A stretch of DNA of 63,187 nucleotides, filler included, from Lenisia limosa (lineage: Eukaryota; Protista; Breviatea): NCBI GenBank assembly GCA_001655205.1. It is 8 parts of 8 records of this genome, joined end to end, with 100 filler letters (N's around TTAATTAATTAA, not from the genome) between each part and the next. Parts side by side here need not be neighbours in the genome. Positions count along the whole stretch, not along the records: positions 56,962 to 63,187 come from LPNZ01000222.1; 7 more parts are not named here. One strand, given 5' to 3'. This document shows positions 63,169 through 63,187 of the stretch, piece after piece. Below the pieces are notes generated by a model, which was not told the origin of the DNA, did no database searches, and worked only from the letters and a program-made list of their open reading frames with translations. A program made the position numbers and the translations under genes. Position 1 is the stretch's first letter. Each line of letters starts with the position of its first letter.

Positions 63169-63187
63169 TTTGATATAAAAAAAAAAA

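Overview
Intron-rich eukaryotic (probably protist) draft DNA; no taxon can be assigned from sequence alone. The window is 8 pieces joined by artificial 100-bp spacers (44N-TTAATTAATTAA-44N), so gene order across spacers is unreliable. Many other N gaps start at G/C homopolymers. I stitched exons by hand using GT-AG boundaries and phase continuity. Genes found: a coiled-coil protein (-); a membrane PAS sensor histidine kinase (+); a secreted or type-I membrane protein with 7 STIG1-like Cys repeats (+); a large orphan gene (-); an RGG/coiled-coil protein (+); a VPS13-like fragment (+); a DDX24/MAK5-like helicase with a DEGD motif II (+); a tandem-UBZ4 protein with a ~2.1 kb disordered exon (-); and a second long coiled-coil gene (-). 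The code looks standard, and I found no rRNA, tRNA, CRISPR array or intact transposase. The most notable feature is intron architecture. Donors are followed by G tracts and acceptors are preceded by C tracts. A ~140-bp dispersed element ('B') sits against splice sites in an orientation-dependent way: sense copies run into the 3' splice site and antisense copies start at the 5' splice site. At least four more short element families and several duplicated splice junctions also populate the introns. Gene coordinates are outer spans of the exons I could support; many internal exon boundaries are approximate.
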